This document shows positions 48,701-58,362 of a DNA stretch of 64,000 nt, in pieces. The notes under the pieces are model-generated. The model made no database searches, was not told the DNA's origin, and worked only from the letters and a program-made list of their open reading frames with translations. The stretch's first letter is position 1; every line of letters begins with the position of its first letter. This DNA comes from a candidate division WOR-3 bacterium (GTDB lineage Bacteria; Hydrothermota; Tepidihabitantia; SM23-42; JAOAFX01), in the NCBI GenBank assembly GCA_026416055.1, contig JAOAFX010000003.1, positions 589 through 64,588 on the forward strand, given 5' to 3'. The translations under genes were made by a program, and so were the position numbers.

Positions 48701-48867
48701 TCGGTGGTGGTGGCGAATCATTAAAGGCGCTGGCAAGTGCCTTCATCGGTGGTATGACATTCAGTATTTTTGTATCGCTCATTCTTATTCCAGTTGTATA
48801 TACCATAATTGATGATCTTTTGTGCAGAATTTCAAAAACCTGTATGCCGGAAAGAATCAGAGAATGA
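45790..48867 (+). CDS. RND efflux permease (AcrB/AcrD/AcrF family), intact
   Basis: Length is 1025 aa with a 12-TM architecture. The complete conserved C-terminus is present (...FIGGMTFSIFVSLILIPVVY...). Confidence 0.9.
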   Translation: MNVIRYFIQRYVGTLLITSVLVIIGIISFQSLPVSYYPQFSVPAAIIITAYPGASPEIVENDVTKPIEEAISTISGVDQITSTSREGFSQIIVNYAFGVSIDKKQREIQEKIDLIKGQLPRNASTPSITTINNILPPPVELSITSDTRDLAELKEFVEKRISPAIARLPGVANVKVTGGIDEIIRVEIDPIRLYETGIGLNQIAYALSAGNIDYPVGEVKSGQYLFSLRLKGNYQTIEDIKNEYITVAGGRSIRVGDIAKVYSIEKTQTRFARLNLKDAVGILVRKPSNGNSVQVARSVKKWLKENETKLPSDIKIQIIKDESNTILNAIRDVIISGLLGALLASLIILLFLGRFRNALVIIISIPITIIITFIFMKVFNLSLNTISIGGLSLATGLIVDASIVVMENIFRHLRDKDFHGTRLEMVVESTREVGLAISAGVITTIVVFLPLAFTQGFAKVLLGELALTVVFSLCISIIVAVTIVPIFSYFLLKPEQPRFQFNRWFLNLESKMKNIYTNLLNRVLQHRLITVLIFVILLIIGFVLASFVKTGLIGATDEGEFQIVLEYPRGTSLEYCNNEALKLEKSLLNLSGVSKVSSIIGEDPFFSTPQPYSATINVYTDRKRPVRAIIPLAKKLLESYIEPTVVLRIIDATVGIRREDIDINIFGANLDTLRELGDRLVAKLREEKNFLYVNSNLSRGLPAFVFIPNRMNLSAAGISAFTLAQILRIAKSGEVVTTYRKDDRDIDVELTILNADKLTLRDIGNLPIATPLAGVVPLKSLGVLQEGESPSEIVRINQRRSVNITGSFAPGTNSRVNRKILDGIIRNFKLPEGYNIEQRGANRAIAESFKTLGIALIIAIILVYMVLGVQFNSLTLPFVIILSVPFSITGFFAGLVLTGNELNLSSFLSAIILSGIVTDNAILLLDYVVSRREKNVERNKAIIEAGEKRFRPVMMTSLTTIFGSLFLALNIGGGGESLKALASAFIGGMTFSIFVSLILIPVVYTIIDDLLCRISKTCMPERIRE

Positions 48868-48932
48868 ATAAGATTTATCTGATTGTGCCATTAATAAATT
48901 TTTGCATAATTCCCTGCAAAGGAGAATGTGAT

Positions 48933-49307
48933 ATGGAAAAAACAAATAAATCATTCAGAAAATTAACCAAAACCGAAGAGTGGGTGATAGTCCATAAAGG
49001 AACTGAGCCTCCGTTCAGCGGTGAATACAACAATTTCTTTCAAAAAGGAACATATCATTGTAAAAGATGCAATAAACCACTTTATCGTTCCGAGGCAAAA
49101 TTCAAATCTGGATGTGGCTGGCCAAGTTTTGACGAAGAAATAAAAGGTGCGGTGAAAAGAATTCCCGACCCGGATGGTATTAGGATCGAAATCCAGTGCG
49201 CAAATTGTGGTGCCCATTTAGGCCATGTATTTGAAGGTGAAGGCTTCACGCCTAAAAATGTCCGTCATTGTGTGAATTCAATCGCATTGATATTTATCCC
49301 TGATTGA
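48933..49307 (+). CDS. msrB: peptide-methionine (R)-S-oxide reductase
   Basis: The motifs CxxC...GCGWPSF...IEIQCANCGAHLGHVF...RHCVNS are present. The start is the internal ATG preceded by AAGGAG. The track start overlaps the RND gene. Confidence 0.85.
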   Translation: MEKTNKSFRKLTKTEEWVIVHKGTEPPFSGEYNNFFQKGTYHCKRCNKPLYRSEAKFKSGCGWPSFDEEIKGAVKRIPDPDGIRIEIQCANCGAHLGHVFEGEGFTPKNVRHCVNSIALIFIPD

Positions 49308-49707
49308 CATACTCATTCTATCAATAAATTAAATCTGGCTTTTTGTATAACCCTGTTTCCGCTTAGTAAAAGGCGCAGAAATTAAAGTTTTTTTCGATTT
49401 ATCAATTTGACAATTTCTCAATTATGAAATCCTGGAATTAACAAAAAACTTTTGAATCTTCACCGTTATAAACTTCAATCTTGGCCACTTTTAATAATTA
49501 AAATTATAATTGCAGGGATGACCGATTTTAAATACGCAGGTTAGTCTATCAAAAATGGTAATCCTTTTTATTCTGGTAAATCCTTCTTTTGATAATACCC
49601 TTATTTACGAAGTGGAAAAACTCAGTGATTTTATGAGTTATCATGTTTTACAACTGATTAAAAGTTTTTTACAAATATTTGACTATGAATGGTAAAAAGA
49701 TTAAATA

Positions 49708-50667
49708 TCATGGATTAGAATTTTCTATCATCCTGCGCTTTATAAAAAAGGCCAAAAAAGAAAGTAACGCAGATGCGAATAAAAGAACCCTTATCCCTAA
49801 AAGGGCAATAATCCCACCGAGTAATGGTCCGGTAATACCTGATAGACCTATAACCGAATTTAAAAATCCTGATGCGGTCGCCTGTTCAAGGTTGTTTTTC
49901 AGCAAATATTTGATTGAGCCTAAATACAATGTCGCCCAGGAAAGACCGAGTAAGACCTGGAAGATTATTATCACATGCCAGTTCGGTGCCACTCCATATC
50001 CCAAGAATGTCAGTGCCGAACATATTATGCCTGTAAGAATCAACCTTTCTGGATCCTGCTTTTCTAAAAGTATCATAAAGATAAACTGAGCAAAAGGATT
50101 TATTGCATACAGTAAACTTATATCAAACTTATTGGCACCGAGTTGGGTGAGGTATATCGGGAATATCGCCCAGATTGCCTGAGCCGCACTATGCCTGATA
50201 AAAAATGGTATATATATTCCAAGATTCTTTCTGATGATATGATAGGGAAATGAAGGAACATTAATCTTCTTTCCTGTCTCCCTGACAAAAAAACTGAGGA
50301 AAAAACCAGCAAAGCAAAAAAGGGCAGCTGTGGTAAAAATCAGAAAGTTATTCTTTAATATTCCAGGCAGGAAATTCCCCAGTGTATAACCGAGCGAACC
50401 GAATCCGGAAAACCAGCCCAAGGAGTTGCCCCAGGCGAGTGCAACGATCGAACCAGGTATCATCCCAATGCCCAATCCTGCAAGACCGCGAAAGAGGAAT
50501 ATAGACTCAATATTATGAATAAAATTATGAAGAAAGAGGATGACTCCCGAGACCAAAAATCCCCACATGATCATTTTTTTCCTGCCGTACATATCACCGA
50601 GTCGACCAAAGATTAAAGAAGAGAAGAAAAGCATGGTATTGTATAAAACGAGAATAAGGGAAATCAA
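49708..50667 (-). CDS. MFS transporter, N-terminally disrupted (frameshift at a T7 run)
   Basis: Eleven TMs begin with MFS motif A (GRLGDMYGRKKMIMWG). TM1 (FLLFLSLDNSFYLHTF) lies in the upstream ORF in another frame. The two frames are separated by a T7 homopolymer at 50666-50672. Confidence 0.6.
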   Translation of the reverse strand: MISLILVLYNTMLFFSSLIFGRLGDMYGRKKMIMWGFLVSGVILFLHNFIHNIESIFLFRGLAGLGIGMIPGSIVALAWGNSLGWFSGFGSLGYTLGNFLPGILKNNFLIFTTAALFCFAGFFLSFFVRETGKKINVPSFPYHIIRKNLGIYIPFFIRHSAAQAIWAIFPIYLTQLGANKFDISLLYAINPFAQFIFMILLEKQDPERLILTGIICSALTFLGYGVAPNWHVIIIFQVLLGLSWATLYLGSIKYLLKNNLEQATASGFLNSVIGLSGITGPLLGGIIALLGIRVLLFASALLSFLAFFIKRRMIENSNP

Positions 50668-50771
50668 AAAAAGATTTTCAGTATACTGCCGGGCAATTAA
50701 AGGTATGAAGATAGAAGCTGTTATCCAAGCTGAGGAATAAAAGAAATTCAGAATATTGACCGAAACCAGTT

Positions 50772-51320
50772 TTAAATACCCCCGGGTTTGATGACTGGAA
50801 TACTACTTCTACACAATGGGCATTCTTCAGGTTTAAAATTCTGCACTTCTTTTTTATATAATGCGTGATATTCAAAAGGCATTTTTACTGAACTGCGATC
50901 AATCAAGACCGCAATACCCATAATTCGGCCATCTTTTTCTTTTACTGCTTCTATCGTCTCACCCAGTGATTTACCTGTAGTCAGGACATCATCAACGATT
51001 AAAACATTCTTATGGGCGATATTAAATCCCCGTGCCACAATTCTCTTACCTTCACGTTCCTCAGCAAAACCTGCATTGCAATTCAACTGGCGTGCGGTCT
51101 CAAAGGCGATTATGATACCGCCGGTCGTCGGTCCTATTACCCATTCAATGTTTTTTTCTCCAAATTCTTTAGCAATCATTGCACATAACTGACTTGTAAC
51201 TTCAGGGTTTTCGAGAATCCTGAATTTTTCAAAATAGTACTGGCTATGCAAACCAGAGTTCAATACAAAATGTCCTTCTATCAAAACTCTGTATCTTCTT
51301 AAAATTTCTTCAACCTGCAT
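50772..51320 (-). CDS. pyrE: orotate phosphoribosyltransferase (short type)
   Basis: The PRPP motif VLIVDDVLTTGKS is present. Length is 182 aa. The C-terminus has a CPLC..P..KPG tail. Confidence 0.8.
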   Translation of the reverse strand: MQVEEILRRYRVLIEGHFVLNSGLHSQYYFEKFRILENPEVTSQLCAMIAKEFGEKNIEWVIGPTTGGIIIAFETARQLNCNAGFAEEREGKRIVARGFNIAHKNVLIVDDVLTTGKSLGETIEAVKEKDGRIMGIAVLIDRSSVKMPFEYHALYKKEVQNFKPEECPLCRSSIPVIKPGGI

Positions 51321-52029
51321 TTTCCATCTCCTTAATTATCTGTTTTGCCGCCTGAAGCGGGTCTCGGGCTGCCACAATCGGTCTTCCAACGACTATATAA
51401 TCTGCGCCTGCCCTAATCGCCTGACCTGCAGTCATCGTCCGCGCCTGATCATCTACCATTTCACCTTCCGACCGTATTCCCGGTGTTATGATGAGGAAAT
51501 CCTGACCGCAATTCTCCCTTATCCTTGTTATCTCTTGCGGTGAAGCAACGACCCCATCCAGACCTGCACTCTGTGCAAGGCGGGCAAGGAATATAACCTG
51601 CTCTTCAATCGTTCTTTTTACATCACCAAATAAATCTTTAAAGTATGCCTCATCAATGCTGGTCAGAACAGTTATCCCCAGGAGGCGGGGTCGGGAAATA
51701 TTTTTAATATCAGAGACGAGTGAGACAGCCTTTACAGCTTCCTCCATCATTGTAAAACCGCCGCTGATATGCATCGTGAGCATATCTACACCGAGTTCCA
51801 TTGCCCCTTCACAGGCACGGGCAACAGTATTGGGGATATCATGGTATTTTAAATCCAGCATCACCTTCAAACCACGGTCTTTTAAAAATCTCACCAGTTC
51901 TGGACCGAAATAGGTGAAAGGGATTGCACCTACTTTAAAATATTTTACTACGCTCTGCAATTTATCTACGAGCAATTTAATCTTATTCAGATCGTTTACA
52001 TCGAGTGCCACGATCAATTTCTCTTTCAT
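51310..52029 (-). CDS. pyrF: orotidine-5'-phosphate decarboxylase
   Basis: The motifs ALDV..., DLKYHDIPNT and the GADYIVVGR C-terminal motif are present. Confidence 0.85.
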   Translation of the reverse strand: MKEKLIVALDVNDLNKIKLLVDKLQSVVKYFKVGAIPFTYFGPELVRFLKDRGLKVMLDLKYHDIPNTVARACEGAMELGVDMLTMHISGGFTMMEEAVKAVSLVSDIKNISRPRLLGITVLTSIDEAYFKDLFGDVKRTIEEQVIFLARLAQSAGLDGVVASPQEITRIRENCGQDFLIITPGIRSEGEMVDDQARTMTAGQAIRAGADYIVVGRPIVAARDPLQAAKQIIKEMENAG

Positions 52030-52047
52030 GAGTCCCCCTTTAAACGA

Positions 52048-52884
52048 TTACTTACCGCCCTTCAACAGGGTATCGAGTTCCTCGATAATCCTCAAAGGTG
52101 CATACGGATCACGCAGAACCGCAGTTCCAATCGCCACTGCCTTAGCACCGGCAAGGAGAAACTCATATGCATCCCTGCCGGTCATAATGCCGCCGATACC
52201 GATTACGGGTACCTTCAATTCCCTTAAGCGATGGACACAATACAATGCAAATGGTCTGATTGCCGGGCCGGATAGACCTCCGGTGATCAAGGGCTTTTTT
52301 GCCTTGATGTCAAAAACCAGTCCATAAAGAGTATTGATCAAAGAAAGGCCGTCAGCACCTGCATCGATACATGCCCTGCCAACTTTCAATGGATCGCAAA
52401 AATTAGCAGTAAGTTTTACAATTATCGGGCATCTTGTTCTCTTTCGCACCACCCGCACGATCTCCGCTGCCATTTTAGGATTCTGCCCGAATAAAACACC
52501 TCCCTCCTTTACATTCGGGCATGAAATATTTAACTCAAATCCTGTAACCCTGTCTCCAATCTCTTCAACAATTTGAGCATACTCTTCCACTGTGAATCCT
52601 GCAACATTAACAAATATCCGGCTGTTGATCTTTTTTATCCTTGGAAGGATCGACCTGCAAAACTCCTTCACACCCGGATTTTCCAGCCCAACTGAATTGA
52701 TAATACCACAAGGAGTTTCATAAATTCTGGGTGGTGGATTGCCCATCCGGGGCAAGAGGGTAATTCCCTTGGTGAATAGGGCACCTACACTCCTTGTTAC
52801 ATTTTTGTATTTCAGCCCGAATCCAAATACACCCGATGCAATGAAGACCGGATTTTGAAATTCAATGTTAAATATCTCAATCAT
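52048..52884 (-). CDS. pyrD: dihydroorotate dehydrogenase (class 1B) catalytic subunit
   Basis: The motifs NPVFIASG..., GALFTKGITLLPRMGNPPPRIYE...GIINSVGLENPG and TGG..SG are present. Confidence 0.85.
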   Translation of the reverse strand: MIEIFNIEFQNPVFIASGVFGFGLKYKNVTRSVGALFTKGITLLPRMGNPPPRIYETPCGIINSVGLENPGVKEFCRSILPRIKKINSRIFVNVAGFTVEEYAQIVEEIGDRVTGFELNISCPNVKEGGVLFGQNPKMAAEIVRVVRKRTRCPIIVKLTANFCDPLKVGRACIDAGADGLSLINTLYGLVFDIKAKKPLITGGLSGPAIRPFALYCVHRLRELKVPVIGIGGIMTGRDAYEFLLAGAKAVAIGTAVLRDPYAPLRIIEELDTLLKGGK

Positions 52885-53623
52885 TGAATTCTAATCCTTT
52901 AAGTTCAAATACCGGTCCATCTTCACATATCCTTTTGTAAGAACCCTTGTATTTTATTGCACAACCAAGGCATAGGCCACAGCCACAACCCAGAAAGTCT
53001 TCGCAGAATGCATATACCGGAAATTGCAGATTCATTTTTTTCAATTCTACAAGCATCGCCCGGGGACCACAGGCATAGCCGGCTCCATACTCAGCCAGGT
53101 TTAACTCATTCAATACAGAAAGTGCAGTTCCGGCTTTATTGCTTCCGGTTTCAGTTATGAACACTGCTCTGGAGGACAATTTTTTTATCTCATCTTTCAG
53201 AACGAGTTCTGATGGCGTTCGTGCCCCATAGACGAATGTAAAATCGATCCGTGCTTTTTTTAAACTCTTTGCAAGAAAGTATAAAGGTGCAACACCGATA
53301 CCACCCGCAATTATCAAACTTTTTTTATTTTTTATCTTTAATTTTTTGCCCAGGGGTCCGAAAATTAGTACTTCATCACCAGTTTTCTTTTTGCTTAAAA
53401 TTTCAGTCCCTCTGCCCACAATCTTTACTATCATCAGCAATCTGCCTTTTTCATAGTCAGCAATACTGATCGGTCTGCTCAACAGTGGATCGTAGGATTC
53501 ATTTATACGGATCTGGAAAAACTGGCCAGGTGCTGGTTTCAAACCGTGTAGAGTGAATTCCATGCTAAAAATGTCCCTGCTCAGCCATTCTTTATTTATA
53601 ATCTTAACCAGATGCCACATCAT
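52877..53623 (-). CDS. pyrK: dihydroorotate dehydrogenase electron-transfer subunit (FAD + 2Fe-2S)
   Basis: The C-terminus carries the Cys cluster CEDFLGCGCGLCLGCAIKYK. It overlaps pyrD by 8 bp. Confidence 0.8.
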   Translation of the reverse strand: MMWHLVKIINKEWLSRDIFSMEFTLHGLKPAPGQFFQIRINESYDPLLSRPISIADYEKGRLLMIVKIVGRGTEILSKKKTGDEVLIFGPLGKKLKIKNKKSLIIAGGIGVAPLYFLAKSLKKARIDFTFVYGARTPSELVLKDEIKKLSSRAVFITETGSNKAGTALSVLNELNLAEYGAGYACGPRAMLVELKKMNLQFPVYAFCEDFLGCGCGLCLGCAIKYKGSYKRICEDGPVFELKGLEFND

Positions 53624-54918
53624 TTTCCACTCATAAGGTTCTGGGCACTCTTCACATATTCAGTATCAGGGTATCTTTTGAGCAACTCATCAAAAAGCAT
53701 CTTTGCCAGACTATCATCTTTAAGAACCATTTTGTTGATCCAGAAGCTTGCATACAGTGCCTTCGGTGAAAGTTTACTCCTAGGATAATTTCTATATACA
53801 TTCTCATAATGGTGTAGTGCTTTCTTCATATCCTTGACTTCAACGAAATACAGCTCTCCTAAAGAAAACTGGGCTTTATCCGGCTCGTCCGTTTTACCGG
53901 TCAGCTCTCTTATTTTTTTCAGAATTTCTGATTTTTTCTTCGCCTCATTGAGAAGCCCACTGGTTGCCTTAGGAATAAGAGAATCATAATAAGCAATCGC
54001 TAAATCAAGATTGTCTTCTTTTTCAGCTATACGCGCCAGTTCTAAATAGGCTTTTGCTGCATACTCCGGTGACTCAGTTTTTTTTACTTCTTCATAAATC
54101 TGTTTTGCGGTATTGATATCATTGGTGCGGACATATAAATCGGCAAGCAGCAACCTGAACTCCGGGTCGGATTCATGTTCCAAAAAATTTCTGCACTCCT
54201 CATATTTTTCCATCTCCAGATAGATGCTGGCGATTTTCAGTTTTACCAGTTTCCTCTGTTCTGGTGGTTGTTCTATTCCTTCGATTTCAACAAGGGTCTT
54301 CAATGCCGATTCATATTCTTTCAATTTATATTCACACTCACTGAGTATATTTAATATCATCAGACGTTCCCGGCGCGTAAGTCTTTCACTCTTTAACTTC
54401 CTCGCAATATTTATAACCTCGCGGTAATTACCATCACGATAGTATGCATAGCATAGCATAACCTGTGCCTTCTTATGATGACTCCGGTAATTGGCCGCCT
54501 CCTTCAGGGCGATGATTGCCTTGCTCATTTCGCCCAGTTTATAATAGGTTAGACCGGTATAGTACATTCCATCGTCATACATTTTTGAATTGGGAAAATT
54601 GGTCGTGAAAAATTCCAATTTTTCAAGTGCACGATTATAATCACCTTTAAAATAGTAAGAAACACCCATCATAAAGAGGGCATCATCTGCATACCTCGAA
54701 CCCGGATATTTCAAAATAACGGCAGCACACTTTTCAATCGCCTTATCAAAAGGTTCCACATCATATTTGAGTGTATCATCTTTGGCCAATTTCATTCCCT
54801 GATTAAAATAATTCTGAGCGTTATAAAAAGTGTTAAAATAGGCACAACTGGTACAAAAGAGGCAAAGGATAAACCCTATAGCATGTCCAGAAGACCTTAA
54901 GATAGTATATTTAGCCAT
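53620..54918 (-). CDS. TPR-repeat lipoprotein
   Basis: A signal peptide with ..FCTSC lipobox is present. TPR runs throughout. Length is 432 aa. Confidence 0.65.
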   Translation of the reverse strand: MAKYTILRSSGHAIGFILCLFCTSCAYFNTFYNAQNYFNQGMKLAKDDTLKYDVEPFDKAIEKCAAVILKYPGSRYADDALFMMGVSYYFKGDYNRALEKLEFFTTNFPNSKMYDDGMYYTGLTYYKLGEMSKAIIALKEAANYRSHHKKAQVMLCYAYYRDGNYREVINIARKLKSERLTRRERLMILNILSECEYKLKEYESALKTLVEIEGIEQPPEQRKLVKLKIASIYLEMEKYEECRNFLEHESDPEFRLLLADLYVRTNDINTAKQIYEEVKKTESPEYAAKAYLELARIAEKEDNLDLAIAYYDSLIPKATSGLLNEAKKKSEILKKIRELTGKTDEPDKAQFSLGELYFVEVKDMKKALHHYENVYRNYPRSKLSPKALYASFWINKMVLKDDSLAKMLFDELLKRYPDTEYVKSAQNLMSGK

Positions 54919-54941
54919 TCTCGATTTTCAGGTAAGGCAAT

Positions 54942-56369
54942 TTATCTGGCGATACCCACCTGGACATCCCGGAATCGCGCCGGTGCCGTGGCATGGCCCA
55001 CATACATCGTTTGACCTGGCTCACCTTTACCGCAATTGGGTACACCATAAAGATGCCAGTAATCTTTATTAGCGATAGCATCACATTTGTTCCAGAACTG
55101 GGGTGTAATATCGGCATAGGTTGGGTTTTTATAGACCTCGGTCAATTTTCCATTCTCTATCTTGCGGGCAAGTTCACAACCAAATTGAAAGTTCAATCTT
55201 TTATCATCGATTGACCAGGATTTGTTGGTCGTCATAAATATCCCTTCTTTAGTGTCAGCAATCATATCTTCAAGTTTCCACTCACCGGGCAAAAGATTGA
55301 TGTTTGTCATCCGAATCAGAGGAATCCTGTTCCAGCCATCAGCACGCATATTGCCACTCGATTTAACATTCACAACCGGCGCGGTCTCCCTTGAACTCTG
55401 GTAACCAACAAATATCCCGTTTTTTATCAGATACACTTTCTGAGCAGGTACACCCTCATCATCCCACCCAAAAGTACCAAGACCACCCGGTATTGTTGCA
55501 TCGGCAACGATATTCACAATATCAGAGCCATATTTTAAGTTGTTTAATTTATCAGGCGTCATGAAAGAAGTACCAGCATAGGATGCCTCTGTACCAAGAA
55601 CCCGATCGAGTTCAGTAGGATGTCCACATGATTCATGGACCTGTAGAACCATCTGATTTGAATCAAGGATTATTGTCGTCTTCATAGTAGGACAGGGTTT
55701 TGCGCTCAATAGCATTATCGCCTCTTCCCTCACCCGCTCGGCATTCTCTACCAGTTTCAAATTCTTTATGAATTCGTATCCGGACTGTCCATAGTCATCA
55801 TATGAGCGGATCTGTAACTCCCCTTTGTCCATGGCAAAAGCCTTTATGCCTCCACCTACATAGATGAACTCCTGGAAAATCTTTGAGCCTTCGGTTGAGT
55901 AAAAATGGACTCTGACCCGGCGGAATGACATGAAGGATGTTCTATTTTTTATCCTTGGATCACTACCGAGTAACCTGTCAGATTTTAACAGAAGGTCTAT
56001 CTTTTCAGTGAGCGATACCTTGAATGGGTCGAGTTTGAAATCAGTCTTGTAAGAACCCTTTTGGGGCTCAAGTGGACTCAATACTACAGGCCCACCTTTT
56101 ATTTTTGCCGATGCCTCAGCAATGCGGATTGCTTTTCGCACTATACGATCTGTTTCAGCTTTTTTTAACAGATTTGATGAAGCAAAACCCCATGCATTAT
56201 CTTTAAGCACCCGCACACCAAATCCTGTATCAAATGTATGGGTAAGGGCTTCTATAATTCCGTTTTTTACTAAGATGCTTTCAGTCTCTTCTTCAACAAG
56301 GCGGACATCACCATAACTTATTTTTTTCAATTTTAAATTATCTATAATATCATTAAGTAATCGATCCAT
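54942..56369 (-). CDS. tldD: TldD/PmbA-family metalloprotease
   Basis: The motif HESCGHPTELDRV is present, together with the conserved GxC glycine-rich C-terminal region. Length is 475 aa. Confidence 0.8.
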   Translation of the reverse strand: MDRLLNDIIDNLKLKKISYGDVRLVEEETESILVKNGIIEALTHTFDTGFGVRVLKDNAWGFASSNLLKKAETDRIVRKAIRIAEASAKIKGGPVVLSPLEPQKGSYKTDFKLDPFKVSLTEKIDLLLKSDRLLGSDPRIKNRTSFMSFRRVRVHFYSTEGSKIFQEFIYVGGGIKAFAMDKGELQIRSYDDYGQSGYEFIKNLKLVENAERVREEAIMLLSAKPCPTMKTTIILDSNQMVLQVHESCGHPTELDRVLGTEASYAGTSFMTPDKLNNLKYGSDIVNIVADATIPGGLGTFGWDDEGVPAQKVYLIKNGIFVGYQSSRETAPVVNVKSSGNMRADGWNRIPLIRMTNINLLPGEWKLEDMIADTKEGIFMTTNKSWSIDDKRLNFQFGCELARKIENGKLTEVYKNPTYADITPQFWNKCDAIANKDYWHLYGVPNCGKGEPGQTMYVGHATAPARFRDVQVGIAR

Positions 56370-56510
56370 TTTTTACTCCTGTGATACTTAACTATAATCA
56401 ATTTTTTCCTATCGTCAAGGGAGACTTTCAAAATACTAAAGCCATTGAGCGTTTATCTCAACTGTTGACTTTTTTAAGATTTTGATTATAATATGGGGAA
56501 AGGAGGTTTT

Positions 56511-57110
56511 ATGAAAAAATTATTTGTGTTGGTTCCGGTTGTACTCTTTCTGATTGGCTGTGGCGGTGGTGAAAAAGACTACTGGCCACTTAGCGTGGGC
56601 AACGTCTGGGAATACCAGAGCCAGACCAAAGTTACAACACCGGATACAACGTTCACGATCACCGACTCCTTGAAGATTGAAATCACTGGTGAAACCACGC
56701 TGAACAACGGAAAGAAGGTCTTTGAAGCGATTATGTCCAATGGCGGTGGAGATACCACCTACTGGGAGAAAACCGATGATTATGTATTCATTTACGACAA
56801 TAAAGCCGATACCGAACCCGACACTGCTCTTGTCCTCCCACTTGAAGAAGGTAAGACCTGGAATTTTCATAAGGATTCACTCTACACAGAAACGATTAAA
56901 ATTATAGGCAAAGAATCGGTCACAGTTCCTGCTGGCACCTATGATGACTGCTGGAAGGCAATGGATATTTATTCAAGCACATCAATCACTGAAACCTCCT
57001 ATGTATGGTTGGCACCAGATGTTGGACAGGTGAAAATGATAAGGACTGAATCGGATACAAATTATACTATGGAGACAAAGTTAGAACTGTATAACGTTAC
57101 AATAAAGTAA
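56511..57110 (+). CDS. lipoprotein, hypothetical
   Basis: AAAGGAGG precedes the internal ATG. The N-terminus is MKKLFVLVPVVLFLIGCGGG. The track start at 56493 lacks an SD. Confidence 0.55.
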   Translation: MKKLFVLVPVVLFLIGCGGGEKDYWPLSVGNVWEYQSQTKVTTPDTTFTITDSLKIEITGETTLNNGKKVFEAIMSNGGGDTTYWEKTDDYVFIYDNKADTEPDTALVLPLEEGKTWNFHKDSLYTETIKIIGKESVTVPAGTYDDCWKAMDIYSSTSITETSYVWLAPDVGQVKMIRTESDTNYTMETKLELYNVTIK

Positions 57111-57124
57111 AAACTTCCATAAAT

Positions 57125-57158
57125 AAAAAGGGCTGGGAAACCAGCCCTTTTTATTTTT
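57125..57158. terminator. bidirectional rho-independent terminator
   Basis: The hairpin is GGGCTGG-gaaa-CCAGCCC, with an A-run upstream and a T-run downstream. It serves the convergent lipoprotein and rarA genes. Confidence 0.7.
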
Positions 57159-58362
57159 TTCTTTTTAAATATTTTCTGCCCTTTAAATTTTCTGGCATAT
57201 ATTCCTGTTCAACCTTTGCATCTGGATAGTCATGTGGATATTTATACCCTTGCCCATAACCGAGTTTTTTCATTAAGGGAGTCGGCGCATTCCTGATGTG
57301 CATAGGAACAGGTTCGGCAAGTGTTTTCAAGGCGTCATCTTTTGCCTCAGAATAGGCGAGATAAAGTTCATTGCTCTTTTTTGCCTCGGCAAGATAGACC
57401 ACACATTCAGCAAGGGCTAAATCACCTTCAGGTCTACCGATAAATTCTACAGCATCTTTTGCCGCCACTGCAATCACAAGTGCCTGTGGATCAGCAAGTC
57501 CGATATCTTCAACTGCAAAACGGACAAGACGCCGGGCAATGTATAAAGGATCTTCACCTGCTTCAAGCATCCTTGCCAGCCAGTACAAAGATGCATCAGG
57601 GTCTGAACCACGCAGTGATTTATGTAATGCAGAGATTAGATTATAATGCTCTTCACCTGCTTTGTCATACCGTAGTGCTTTTTTCTGGACAACCTCCTCT
57701 GCAAGTTTTAAATCAATCTTACCCTCCTTTGCCGAGAAGGCGCACAATTCAATGGCATTTAATGCCACCCTTGCATCACCATCTGAGATATTGGCGATAA
57801 AATTAACTGCCTCTTCAGTGATTTCATATTTATTATCAAGTCCCTTTGGCGAGGTTAGAGCCCGATGGATAATCTTTTTGATATCTTCAAAAGAAAGGGG
57901 GTTGAGCATATAGACTTTTACCCTTGATAAAAGGCTGGAATTCAATTCAAATGATGGATTTTCGGTTGTGGCACCGATCAGGATGATCGTGCCCTTTTCA
58001 AGATAGGGTAAAAAAGTATCCTGCTGTGCTTTATTGAACCTGTGTATTTCGTCGATAAATATAACCGTATCTCTGTTGAACAAACTTTTCTTTTTTTCAA
58101 TGTCTTCCATAATTTTTTTTATTTCCACAATACCGCTTGTGGCTGCGGAAAAGGAAATAAAATCAGCAGAAAATTTTCTGGCCAAGAGCCGGGCAATCGT
58201 TGTCTTACCACTACCAGGGGGTCCAAATAACACCATGGAAAACAATCGACCCTGTTCAATCTGCCTCCTTATTGGACCATCTGGGCCAAGAAGATGGACC
58301 TGCCCGAGAACTTCATCAAATTCTTCAGGTCTGATCCTTTCTGCAAGTGGTGTCTTATCCAT
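57151..58362 (-). CDS. rarA: replication-associated recombination protein A (AAA+ ATPase)
   Basis: Walker A is GPPGSGKTT and Walker B is VIFIDEIHRF. The C-terminal MgsA helix bundle (ARRLVRFAVEDIGLADP) is present. Confidence 0.85.
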   Translation of the reverse strand: MDKTPLAERIRPEEFDEVLGQVHLLGPDGPIRRQIEQGRLFSMVLFGPPGSGKTTIARLLARKFSADFISFSAATSGIVEIKKIMEDIEKKKSLFNRDTVIFIDEIHRFNKAQQDTFLPYLEKGTIILIGATTENPSFELNSSLLSRVKVYMLNPLSFEDIKKIIHRALTSPKGLDNKYEITEEAVNFIANISDGDARVALNAIELCAFSAKEGKIDLKLAEEVVQKKALRYDKAGEEHYNLISALHKSLRGSDPDASLYWLARMLEAGEDPLYIARRLVRFAVEDIGLADPQALVIAVAAKDAVEFIGRPEGDLALAECVVYLAEAKKSNELYLAYSEAKDDALKTLAEPVPMHIRNAPTPLMKKLGYGQGYKYPHDYPDAKVEQEYMPENLKGRKYLKRKK

